10,702 nt of DNA from Candidatus Bipolaricaulia bacterium (GCA_046758705.1 JBHIAT010000130.1:1-10702), one strand, 5' to 3'. Shown: positions 1-7,461, counted from the first letter of the stretch. Translations and numbers: made by a program. Notes: a model not told the origin generated them from the letters alone.

Positions 1-233
1 GTATCTTGAAGATCCAGGACAAAACCTTCCAACTGGGCCCGAGTGTTTGCATCAACGAGTAACACGGTTTCCCCATCGTGTTCCACCACTTGATCGTCTT
101 GTCGCTCCGTATCAAGTGTTAATTGGTATTCACCCTGTTCCTCCATAAGTCGAAGGGATTGTCCAGTCTGAGTTTCCGCATTATCGAAGATCTTCTTTAG
201 CGCTTTGCGAGCGCTTTGGGTGACGGTTAGCAT
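1..233 (-). CDS. HesB/IscA/ErpA-fold small protein, partial (3' end runs off the window), lacking the first conserved Cys motif
   Basis: Manual translation from ATG at 233, preceded by SD AAAGGAGGT (242-250): MLTVTQSARKALKKIFDNAETQTGQSLRLMEEQGEYQLTLDTERQDDQVVEHDGETVLLVDANTRAQLEGFVLDLQD, with no stop to the window edge. It matches the A-type carrier pattern (MITxTxxA...LRL...L.LD....D.V.E.DG...L.VD......L.G..LD). Not in the ORF track. An in-frame upstream ATG exists at 314. Confidence 0.8.
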   Translation of the reverse strand, partial: MLTVTQSARKALKKIFDNAETQTGQSLRLMEEQGEYQLTLDTERQDDQVVEHDGETVLLVDANTRAQLEGFVLDLQD

Positions 234-272
234 GAGCTCTGACCTCCTTTCTACAATAGATTTGTTAAGATA

Positions 273-302
273 CTCTATCTCTATCATCTCTATCTCTACC
301 AT
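273..302. repeat. 15-bp tandem direct repeat, 2 copies
   Basis: CTCTATCTCTATCAT (273-287) and CTCTATCTCTACCAT (288-302), one mismatch. Confidence 0.85.
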
Positions 303-349
303 CGTCCGTCTCATGAGGGATCCTCCTCATAGCAGACCGTGGTTAACCC

Positions 350-378
350 AGCATATCATGATCTTGTCTTACTGTCAA
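350..378 (-). promoter_or_regulatory. Putative sigma70 promoter for the HesB-like gene
   Basis: Minus strand TTGACA (378-373), 17-bp spacer, TATGCT (355-350) preceded by an extended -10 TGn. Correctly oriented upstream of the starts at 314 and 233. Confidence 0.7.
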
Positions 379-461
379 ATCTCTGGAGTTGAATTTCTCG
401 TCTATTTCGGTATAGATAGCCTCTTTCATAGTAATCCATGGCAGATATTTGACTATGACAA
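364..461. repeat. Imperfect inverted repeat of about 20 bp with a 56-bp spacer
   Basis: TTGTC-TTACT-GTCAAAT-C-TCTG (364-385) versus the reverse complement of 442-461, TTGTC-ATA-GTCAAAT-A-TCTG. Confidence 0.55.
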
Positions 462-482
462 CGGGGTTATACTGGAGTGGCT

Positions 483-1691
483 TCAACTTGAACGGGTTGA
501 GGAGGGAGACTCCCGCTCCCGCATCGAGCGCGTGCGAACCCATTGGATAATAACCAGCATGACAACCAGCAGCGGCACCGATAGAAACATCCCGATTCGG
601 ATGTCGGTCGCCTCGGCGATGATCGATATCAGCCAGGGAGAGAACGTCCCTCCAAAGGCAAACGAGGTGTACAGAACGCTGGTCATCTCATCGGGACGTT
701 CCGGGTGGATATCGCTTCCCAGAGCCAACGACAGCGGAACGATCCCAGCCATACACAGGCCAGTCACGAAAAACCATAGAGTAGCAAAGCCCTGATCAGG
801 GACGGTCAACCCCAGGGAGAGGGTCACGATCCCAACACCGATCACGATCTGCAGCAACGTCTCGTATCGAAACCGGACCCGATGGATGATCTGGCTGAGC
901 AGGAATCGCCCCAGAGTCATACCGATCCAATATACCAGCAGACTGTCAGCTGCCTGGTCGATCGATGAGGAAAATGAGAACTTCAGGTAGGTGGTCAGCC
1001 ATCGGTTGATCCCCACTTCAGTTCCAACTCCCAGCGTGACGGCGAGTCCTAAAAGCAGCAGTGTAGGATGTCGTAATGGATGGAACCTTGGGGCTGAAGC
1101 ATGATCTGGGAGGCCGGACCGTTGATCCCGATGCAGGGGCGAGGGCAGCCTCTGGAAGGCGAACAGCACCAGCAGCACCCCGAACAGAATCCCGTTGCTC
1201 AGATAAGCGGATCGCCAGTGATCGGTCCAGGCGAGCAGTGTACTGGCATACTTCGGACCGAGGATCGCTCCGACACCGAAGAACATGTGCAGAAGATTCA
1301 AACCGCTGCTGCGTTTCTCCATATACAGATCGATGGTGATCGCGTTCAGCGGGATCTCGATCAACCCGGCGCCGAAACCGATAAGAAAGCCGAAGAGTGC
1401 GTTGAGGACGAGCAGGGGGCCGATCCCAAAGGTGGTGGCGCCGAGGATCATCGAGAACAGGCCGAAGATCAGCATCTGCTTGCGCCGTAGCACTGTGACC
1501 AGATAGTTGCTGAGCAACACCGATGTCAGGAAGCCGGCAGAGATCGCGGCGACCAATACCCCCGCCTCCGAGAGCCGTAGATCCAGATCGGTGATGATGG
1601 CCGGCAATAGGGCTCCGGTGGTGGCAAACGACAGACCGATAAACACCATGCCCATATAGGTTAGGAAGAGAAGGCTACGGTTCGAGGTCAT
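483..1691 (-). CDS. MFS transporter (FucP/TsgA/GlcP-like), 402 aa
   Basis: About 12 hydrophobic segments in two halves with a central hydrophilic loop. Motifs LNLLHMFFGVGAILGP and GVGTEVGINRW are typical of FucP/TsgA-like MFS. Start reassigned to ATG 1691 (MTSNRSLLFL) because the track's extension to 1937 overlaps the upstream permease gene and is not MFS-like. Confidence 0.9.
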   Translation of the reverse strand: MTSNRSLLFLTYMGMVFIGLSFATTGALLPAIITDLDLRLSEAGVLVAAISAGFLTSVLLSNYLVTVLRRKQMLIFGLFSMILGATTFGIGPLLVLNALFGFLIGFGAGLIEIPLNAITIDLYMEKRSSGLNLLHMFFGVGAILGPKYASTLLAWTDHWRSAYLSNGILFGVLLVLFAFQRLPSPLHRDQRSGLPDHASAPRFHPLRHPTLLLLGLAVTLGVGTEVGINRWLTTYLKFSFSSSIDQAADSLLVYWIGMTLGRFLLSQIIHRVRFRYETLLQIVIGVGIVTLSLGLTVPDQGFATLWFFVTGLCMAGIVPLSLALGSDIHPERPDEMTSVLYTSFAFGGTFSPWLISIIAEATDIRIGMFLSVPLLVVMLVIIQWVRTRSMRERESPSSTRSS

Positions 1692-1735
1692 GCGATATTC
1701 TAGCAAGCCATCATGGTTGTGTCTATGTGGACAGA

Positions 1736-2686
1736 CTATCTTAATCGGATGCGCGGGTTGAGCCAGGCATACACCAGATCTGCGATCAGGTTGGCCAGGA
1801 CCACACCAACCACCACCACCATGGTGATGGCTTGCAGCAGAGGCAGGTCGCGGCGATCTATGGCGAAGATCAACAAGCGCCCCAACCCTGGATAGTTGAA
1901 GACGTTTTCGATAACGATGATCCCGCCGATCAGCCAACCAAAGCTGATGGCAATGACGGTGATCGTAGGTAGCAGGGCGTTGCGCAACACGTGCTTAACG
2001 ATAACGGTGCGTCGTGGCAGGCCCTTCAAGATGGCGGTGCGCGTGTAGGGCTTCTTCAACTCTTCGATGACCCCGGCTCGCGTCAGGCGGGCGATGTAAG
2101 CGAGCAGAACAAGGGTGGCCGTCAACGCCGGTAGAATCAGGAATGGCAACGCTTCAATGAAGTTTGCATCGGGAGCAATAGCGGAGCTGGCTCTGAAGAG
2201 TTTCAGCTTGTGAGCGAGGATTTGAATCAGCACCAGTCCGGTCACAAACTCGGGCAGTCCCACCACCGACAGGGATACGATACTCACGGCATTGTCGAGA
2301 AACTTGTTCTCGTTTAAACCGGCCAAAACCCCCAGCCCGATCGCAATTGGCACGGCGATGATCAAGGTCACCCCGGCCAGCATCAGCGAATTTCCTAACC
2401 GATCGAGCACGAGAGGGCGAATCCCTGTCTCTGATCGCATGCTGAAGGACTCACCCCAGTTTCCGCGGACGAAATTCTTCAGCCAATTGAAATACTGTAC
2501 GGGCAAGGGATCATTGAGGCCCAACCTCTCCCGCAGGTTTTCCAGTGCGGCTTCGCCGGCCTCGCGCCCGAGAAGAATGCGCGCCACGTCGCCGGGCACA
2601 AATTGGGTCACCATGAAGATGATGATCGAGGTGAGTAGCAACGTCAAGATTAGAAAGCCAAGACGGCGCAACACATATCGACCCAT
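1736..2686 (-). CDS. Peptide/nickel ABC transporter permease, OppB/DppB family, 316 aa
   Basis: N-terminus MGRYVLRRLG, PGD motif, LGLNDPLPVQY, EAA-like loop YTRTAILKGL...KHVLRNALLP, IENVFNYPGLG, DLVYAWLNPRIR. SD GGGGAGGA at 2693-2700. The ATG at 2686 overlaps the upstream TGA (TGATG). Confidence 0.95.
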   Translation of the reverse strand: MGRYVLRRLGFLILTLLLTSIIIFMVTQFVPGDVARILLGREAGEAALENLRERLGLNDPLPVQYFNWLKNFVRGNWGESFSMRSETGIRPLVLDRLGNSLMLAGVTLIIAVPIAIGLGVLAGLNENKFLDNAVSIVSLSVVGLPEFVTGLVLIQILAHKLKLFRASSAIAPDANFIEALPFLILPALTATLVLLAYIARLTRAGVIEELKKPYTRTAILKGLPRRTVIVKHVLRNALLPTITVIAISFGWLIGGIIVIENVFNYPGLGRLLIFAIDRRDLPLLQAITMVVVVGVVLANLIADLVYAWLNPRIRLR

Positions 2687-5600
2687 CACACGTCCTCCCC
2701 ATCGTGCTCGATTTGAGTTTGAGTTTGAATCTGTTGAAAGCGAAACGCGGGCTTCTGCTGTCGGCGCAGCTCGTCCAGCGGAATGTGGCAATAGATGCGA
2801 TGGCCGTTTTCGTCCTCCTGCCAGGGTGGCTCCTGCTCCACGCAGATATCGCCCAGGAACCGTGGACACCGGGTATGGAACGGACAGCCGCTGGGCACGT
2901 TCGTCGGGCTGGGGATCTCGCCCTCCAGTCGAATCGGCGCTTGTTGAGCGTTGGGATCGATTAGAGGAAACGCTGACAACAGAGCCTCAGTATAGGGATG
3001 GTAAGGCGGGGCAAAGAAGTCTTCTGTGCGTCCCATCTCCATGAGACGTCCCAGGTAGATGACCGCAATTTCGTCCGCCAGATAGCCGACGGTTGCCAGA
3101 TCGTGCGAGATGAACAGGTAAGCGCTACGTCGCTCCCGTTGCAACTCGTTGAGCAGGTTCAAGATCCTCGCCTGTACCGATGCATCTAAGGCCGAGGTGG
3201 GCTCATCGTAGATGAGCAACTCAGGGCTGGCCGCAAAGGCTCGAGCGATGGCCGCGCGCTGTTTTTCACCGCCACTAAGCTGAGCCGGTAGGCGTTGAGC
3301 GTAATCGGCCTTGAGTCTCACCATCTCTAGCAGCTCGTCCACAGCTGCATCGGCTTCCCGTCGTGACTTTCTCTGCAACTTCATCAACGGGCGCCTCAGG
3401 GTTTCGCCGATGGTCAAATAGGGGTTCAGCGCTTCTTCGGGATTTTGAAACACTATCTGCAACCGGCGCAGGATTTCGACGTCGCGCTGAGAGAGCTTTC
3501 TGGGCAACGGTATGCCGAGCAGCTCGATAGAGCCATCGGAGCGTTCCTCCAATCCCATGATCGCATTCGCCAGCGTGGTTTTGCCGCTCCCGCTTTCGCC
3601 CACCAGTCCCAACGTCTTGCCCCGCTCGATCTTCAGACTCACCCCATTCACTGCCTTGACGGTCGAGGCGCGCTTGCCGGTAGCGAGATCTATCAGTGGA
3701 GTGCGAAGGCGGAAGTGTCTTTTGAGATCCTTGACCACCAGTGCGGGTTTGGCACCGTCATCCTGGGAGGAAGAGGAGTCGGTCTCTGATGCAGCAGCTT
3801 GCTTGGCGCTCACCTCGCCTACAAGGATCTCGCGCCAACGGTGACAGCGCACACGGCGATCCTCTCCATCCACGATCTCCAGCGGGGGACGCTTGTTGCA
3901 AATCTCGATGGCTAACGGGCACCGAGGGGCAAACACGCACCCTTGAGGTAGATCGTTCAAATCCGGGATCTGTCCCGGCATGGAGGTCAATTGAATCTCG
4001 CTTTTGTTCTGCCCCAAGCGCGGCACACTGTCCAACAGGCCTTGGGTGTAAGGGTGGAGCGGCTGACGATATAGATCTTGGGCGCTCGCGTCCTCAACCA
4101 GCTCTCCGGCGTAAAGCACGGCCACCCGATCGGCAAAACGGGCCACCACGCCCAGAGCGTGGGAGACGTAGAGGGTGGCCATGTCGCGTTCCTGGATCAA
4201 GTCGCAGAACAGATCCAGCACTGCCACCTCGGTGGTGACATCCAGACCGGTGGTCGGTTCATCCAGCACTATGAATCGGGGGACAGTGCTCAGCGCCATT
4301 GCGATCATCACCCGCTGCTGCATGCCGCCGCTTAATTGGTGTGGGTAACTTCGGGCGACCCGTTGAGGGTCAGCCAAGCGCACGCTGTTGAGCAACTCCA
4401 CGGTGCGGGCTCGGGCCTGAGACGAGTTCAGCCCCCGGTGATGTCGCAGTACCTCAGCGATCTGCTCGCCGACGCGCAGAGACGGGTTGAGAGATGAGAG
4501 GGGGTCTTGCGGCACCAGGTTGATCTGCGATCCCCGGATGCGTCGGAGTTCCTTTTGACTGAGTATCGAAAGGTCGTGGTCAGCGAACTCGATGCGCCCG
4601 TGGCGCACTGCGCCGTTTTCGCTGAGGTAGCGCATAATGGCCAGCGCCAGGGTGGACTTGCCGGAGCCGCTCTCGCCCACCAGCCCGTACGTCTGGCCGG
4701 CCTCAATGCGCAACGAGACGTCGCGGACGGCATCCAGCCACGTGCCATCCTGGTGATAAGAGGCGGTCAAGTCCTCAATGGTGAGGACGGAAGCGGAAGC
4801 AGCAGCGGCTGACGATAGCGTGCCGACCGCCTCTTCCCGGTCGATCTCTTTCTCGGCGCGTAAGGGAGAGGAAACGTCTGGCGCTCGAGCGGACGTTGCC
4901 ACAGCGGGAGATTGCAGCACACGCTTGAGGCCGTCGGCCATCAGATTGACCCCGATAATCAGCAACGAGATCGCTCCGGCCGGAAAGAACAGTGCCCAGG
5001 GTGTCAGCCCGACGAAGGTGCGGGCTTCGTTGACCATCAGTCCCCAGTCTGGATTGGGGGGCTGTACGCCAACGCCCAAGAACCCGAGGGAGGAGACGAG
5101 AAAGATCGCGTAAGAAAAACGCAACGCCGCTTCTACAGATAGCGCGGGCAATACCGAGGGCAGGATCTCGCGAAACAGGATGTGGGATATGGATTCGCCC
5201 TGCAGTCGAGCGGCTTTCACGAATCCCTTGGTCTTGATCGCCAGGACCTCGCTGCGTACCACCCGGGCGACGATTGGAATATACACGACAACAATCACGA
5301 TCAACACGCTGGTTTGCGACGGACCGATGGTACCCAAAAGCAGCAGCGCCAGCAACACGGCGGGAATCGCCAGCAGGCTGTCGAAGCTGCGCATCAGAAT
5401 TTCGTCGAACAGGCCACCCCGGTATCCACTGGTCAGGCCGAAAATAGTGCCACCGATCACGGCCAGCAACGTTCCCAAACCGGCCAGCGCCAGAATGCTT
5501 CGTGTGCCGAGCATGACCCGGCTGAAGACATCGCGACCCAAGTGATCTGTGCCAAACCAGTGTTTCGTCGATGGGCCTTGTCGTGCGTCCGTGAGGATTT

Positions 5601-5814
5601 GCTGGGTAGCGGAGTAAGGCGTCAACAAGGGGCCAAAGATGGCGATCAGCACAAAGAGCAACACCACCGTTGTACCCAAGGCGGAGGCGGGCTTTCGATA
5701 AAGTTGATCCAAGGCGTTCAGCAGACGCCGAGCACGGCGGGAAATCGTCTTGACTCCAGACGGGGTAGAGGCGAGATCATCTCCACCCCCGCCCCCAGTT
5801 TTGGAGATGCCCAT
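2686..5814 (-). CDS. Fused peptide/nickel ABC transporter: OppC/DppC-like permease plus two OppD/OppF-like ATP-binding domains, 1042 aa
   Basis: Permease motifs HWFGTDHLGRDVFSR, FVKAARLQG, LGFLGVGVQPPNPDWG (about 4915-5720). ATPase 1: GESGSGKST (4651-4677), LSGGMQQRV, IVLDEPTTGLD, PLHPYT. ATPase 2: GESGSGKTT (3574-3600), LSGGEKQRA, LIYDEPTSALD, ISHDL, PYHPYT. One continuous reading frame. Confidence 0.95.
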   Translation of the reverse strand: MGISKTGGGGGDDLASTPSGVKTISRRARRLLNALDQLYRKPASALGTTVVLLFVLIAIFGPLLTPYSATQQILTDARQGPSTKHWFGTDHLGRDVFSRVMLGTRSILALAGLGTLLAVIGGTIFGLTSGYRGGLFDEILMRSFDSLLAIPAVLLALLLLGTIGPSQTSVLIVIVVVYIPIVARVVRSEVLAIKTKGFVKAARLQGESISHILFREILPSVLPALSVEAALRFSYAIFLVSSLGFLGVGVQPPNPDWGLMVNEARTFVGLTPWALFFPAGAISLLIIGVNLMADGLKRVLQSPAVATSARAPDVSSPLRAEKEIDREEAVGTLSSAAAASASVLTIEDLTASYHQDGTWLDAVRDVSLRIEAGQTYGLVGESGSGKSTLALAIMRYLSENGAVRHGRIEFADHDLSILSQKELRRIRGSQINLVPQDPLSSLNPSLRVGEQIAEVLRHHRGLNSSQARARTVELLNSVRLADPQRVARSYPHQLSGGMQQRVMIAMALSTVPRFIVLDEPTTGLDVTTEVAVLDLFCDLIQERDMATLYVSHALGVVARFADRVAVLYAGELVEDASAQDLYRQPLHPYTQGLLDSVPRLGQNKSEIQLTSMPGQIPDLNDLPQGCVFAPRCPLAIEICNKRPPLEIVDGEDRRVRCHRWREILVGEVSAKQAAASETDSSSSQDDGAKPALVVKDLKRHFRLRTPLIDLATGKRASTVKAVNGVSLKIERGKTLGLVGESGSGKTTLANAIMGLEERSDGSIELLGIPLPRKLSQRDVEILRRLQIVFQNPEEALNPYLTIGETLRRPLMKLQRKSRREADAAVDELLEMVRLKADYAQRLPAQLSGGEKQRAAIARAFAASPELLIYDEPTSALDASVQARILNLLNELQRERRSAYLFISHDLATVGYLADEIAVIYLGRLMEMGRTEDFFAPPYHPYTEALLSAFPLIDPNAQQAPIRLEGEIPSPTNVPSGCPFHTRCPRFLGDICVEQEPPWQEDENGHRIYCHIPLDELRRQQKPAFRFQQIQTQTQIEHDGEDV

Positions 5815-5835
5815 GGTGGTTGTCAGTCCTTCAGC

Positions 5836-7359
5836 CTACTTCAAGCGAACCGTGCGAAGATCGCTGCGCCCGGGGAACGCTTTCAGGGTGAAGCCTTCAA
5901 ACCGATCGCTGATGACCGCATTCTGGGCGAAGAAGTAGGGGATGATGATCGGTCCACGCTCGATCATAATGCGTTGGATCTCAGCATAGACCCGTTCGCG
6001 CTCTGCTTCATCCAAAGTAGAGCCCGCGATGCGAGCCAATTCATCCAATTCGGAATCACAGAACCGGGACTCGTTCCACTTCGCTTCGCAGACCAGCATG
6101 ACGTCCAGGTAAAACTGCGGCGTCGGTCGGGAGCCCCAACCGGTGATCCCCAGGTCGACTTCCAGCCAGTTCCCCTGACCGTAATAGACGCTTTCTGGCT
6201 CAACGATGACGTTGATGTCAATGCCGGCTTCGGCCCATTGTTCTTTCAAGATTACAGCGAAATCAGGGCGGCTGCCGGTGTCAGGCGTATGTAAGTCGAG
6301 CTTCAGACCATCAGGGTAACCCGCTTCAGCGAGCAGGGCTTTGGCCGCTTCTATGTCACGAGGCGGGATAGGCACCGCTTCGCTAAAGTAGTCCTTGTAC
6401 AGAGGACCTATCGGACTGTCGCGTCCCATTGCCCCAAAGCCCAGTTGAGTTGCACTGAAGATCGATTCGCGGTCTGTCGCCAGCTTGAGCGCTCGGATGA
6501 CACGAGGGTCGTTTCCCGGCTCGCGGTCGGCGCGTAAACGCACCAGATCAAAGGCGTTTGTTGGGACAACGATGGCGTTAAGACCTGGCTCTCCTTGAAG
6601 GATTAAAAACAGCGCATTGGACATCCGCCAGGTGACATCTACCTGGCCACTACGCAGCGCATCGATGGCAGCCGCTTGATCGTTGAAGAAGATGAACTCT
6701 AATCTTTCCAGTTTGGGCAGATCTTCGACGAAGTAATGGGAGTTTGCCACCATCTCAATGCGATCTTCAGGACTGTAGTTGGTAACGATAAACGGTCCGG
6801 TGCCGTTGAAGTCAGTTGCCTCAATGGTGCCGGCTTTAACGATCAGGGCGTGGTTATCGCTCAAGTCGAACAGGAAGAACGGATTGGTCTCCTTCAGTTT
6901 AAAGGTGACTCCCAAGTCACTCGTGGCTTCGATACTCTCGATGTTGCTGTACAAATTCACCGTGGGGGATCCCAAAGCAGGATCGCGCAGCCGATCGAAG
7001 GTCCACACCACGTCCTTGGAGGTCAGTGAGCTGCCATCGTGGAAAGTCACCCCGTTGGCCAAGGTGAAGGTGTAGGTGAGGCCGTCATCGCTGACCGCCC
7101 AGGCGGTAGCCAGACGGGGTTGAATATTGTTGTCCGCATCGATATCCACCAGATAGTCGTAGATACTGTTGGCGACGGCCACTTCAGGGTCTGAGGAGAT
7201 AAAAGCGGGATCGATTTGGACGATCGGTTGCGTTGCCAAACGTAAGATGCCTTTGAACGTTCTATCCTCTGCGAAGCCGTTCGTAGCAATGGTGCCATAG
7301 GCCGCAACGGTAAGCGCCAGAACGAATCCTACTTGAACAATTCGGTCTCGATTGGACAT
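5836..7359 (-). CDS. ABC transporter substrate-binding protein, family 5 (OppA/DppA/NikA-like), 507 aa
   Basis: Signal-peptide-like N-terminus, IYDYLV, PRLATAWAVSDDGLTYTFTLANGVTFHDG, GTGPF, DPRVIRALKLATDR, AKALLAEAGYPDG. SD AAAGGAGG at 7368-7375. Confidence 0.95.
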   Translation of the reverse strand: MSNRDRIVQVGFVLALTVAAYGTIATNGFAEDRTFKGILRLATQPIVQIDPAFISSDPEVAVANSIYDYLVDIDADNNIQPRLATAWAVSDDGLTYTFTLANGVTFHDGSSLTSKDVVWTFDRLRDPALGSPTVNLYSNIESIEATSDLGVTFKLKETNPFFLFDLSDNHALIVKAGTIEATDFNGTGPFIVTNYSPEDRIEMVANSHYFVEDLPKLERLEFIFFNDQAAAIDALRSGQVDVTWRMSNALFLILQGEPGLNAIVVPTNAFDLVRLRADREPGNDPRVIRALKLATDRESIFSATQLGFGAMGRDSPIGPLYKDYFSEAVPIPPRDIEAAKALLAEAGYPDGLKLDLHTPDTGSRPDFAVILKEQWAEAGIDINVIVEPESVYYGQGNWLEVDLGITGWGSRPTPQFYLDVMLVCEAKWNESRFCDSELDELARIAGSTLDEAERERVYAEIQRIMIERGPIIIPYFFAQNAVISDRFEGFTLKAFPGRSDLRTVRLK

Positions 7360-7402
7360 CGACGATCCCTCCTTTCCGGGACGAAGGGTTTTATAACGAT
7401 CC

Positions 7403-7432
7403 AGTTTACCCCCATTCTAGGAGGGATGGCAA
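7403..7432 (-). promoter_or_regulatory. Putative sigma70 promoter for the ABC transporter operon
   Basis: Minus strand TTGCCA (7432-7427), 18-bp spacer, TAAACT (7408-7403), about 45 bp upstream of the SBP start codon. Confidence 0.45.
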
Positions 7433-7461
7433 CTCTGCTCCATTGGGTAAAAACCCTGCAC

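Noticed and set aside
265..330. Short minus-strand ORF MRRIPHETDDGRDRDDRDRVS from ATG 330
   Set aside because: No SD upstream, and its repetitive content is just another frame of the 15-bp repeat.
449..473. TTGACT and TATACT as an antisense promoter into the MFS gene
   Set aside because: Spacer is only 13 bp, incompatible with sigma70 geometry.
205..795. 196-aa plus-strand ORF
   Set aside because: Antisense to the MFS and HesB-like genes, spans a promoter, TTG start without SD, no recognisable motifs.
1692..1937. 82-aa N-terminal extension of the MFS ORF in the track
   Set aside because: Overlaps the OppB-like gene in another frame and is not MFS-like. ATG 1691 gives a normal-sized protein.
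2712..2729. Hexamer repeat TTTGAG-TTTGAG-TTTGAA
   Set aside because: Only three short units encoding a low-complexity QIQTQTQI tail, with no evidence of function.
2687..2869. 61-aa N-terminal extension of the OppB-like ORF
   Set aside because: Lies within the fusion gene. A strong SD and the family-typical N-terminus point to ATG 2686.
5182..6294. 370-aa plus-strand ORF and other plus-strand ORFs between 1076 and 7075
   Set aside because: Antisense shadows of well-supported ABC and MFS genes in GC-rich coding DNA, with no domains recognised.
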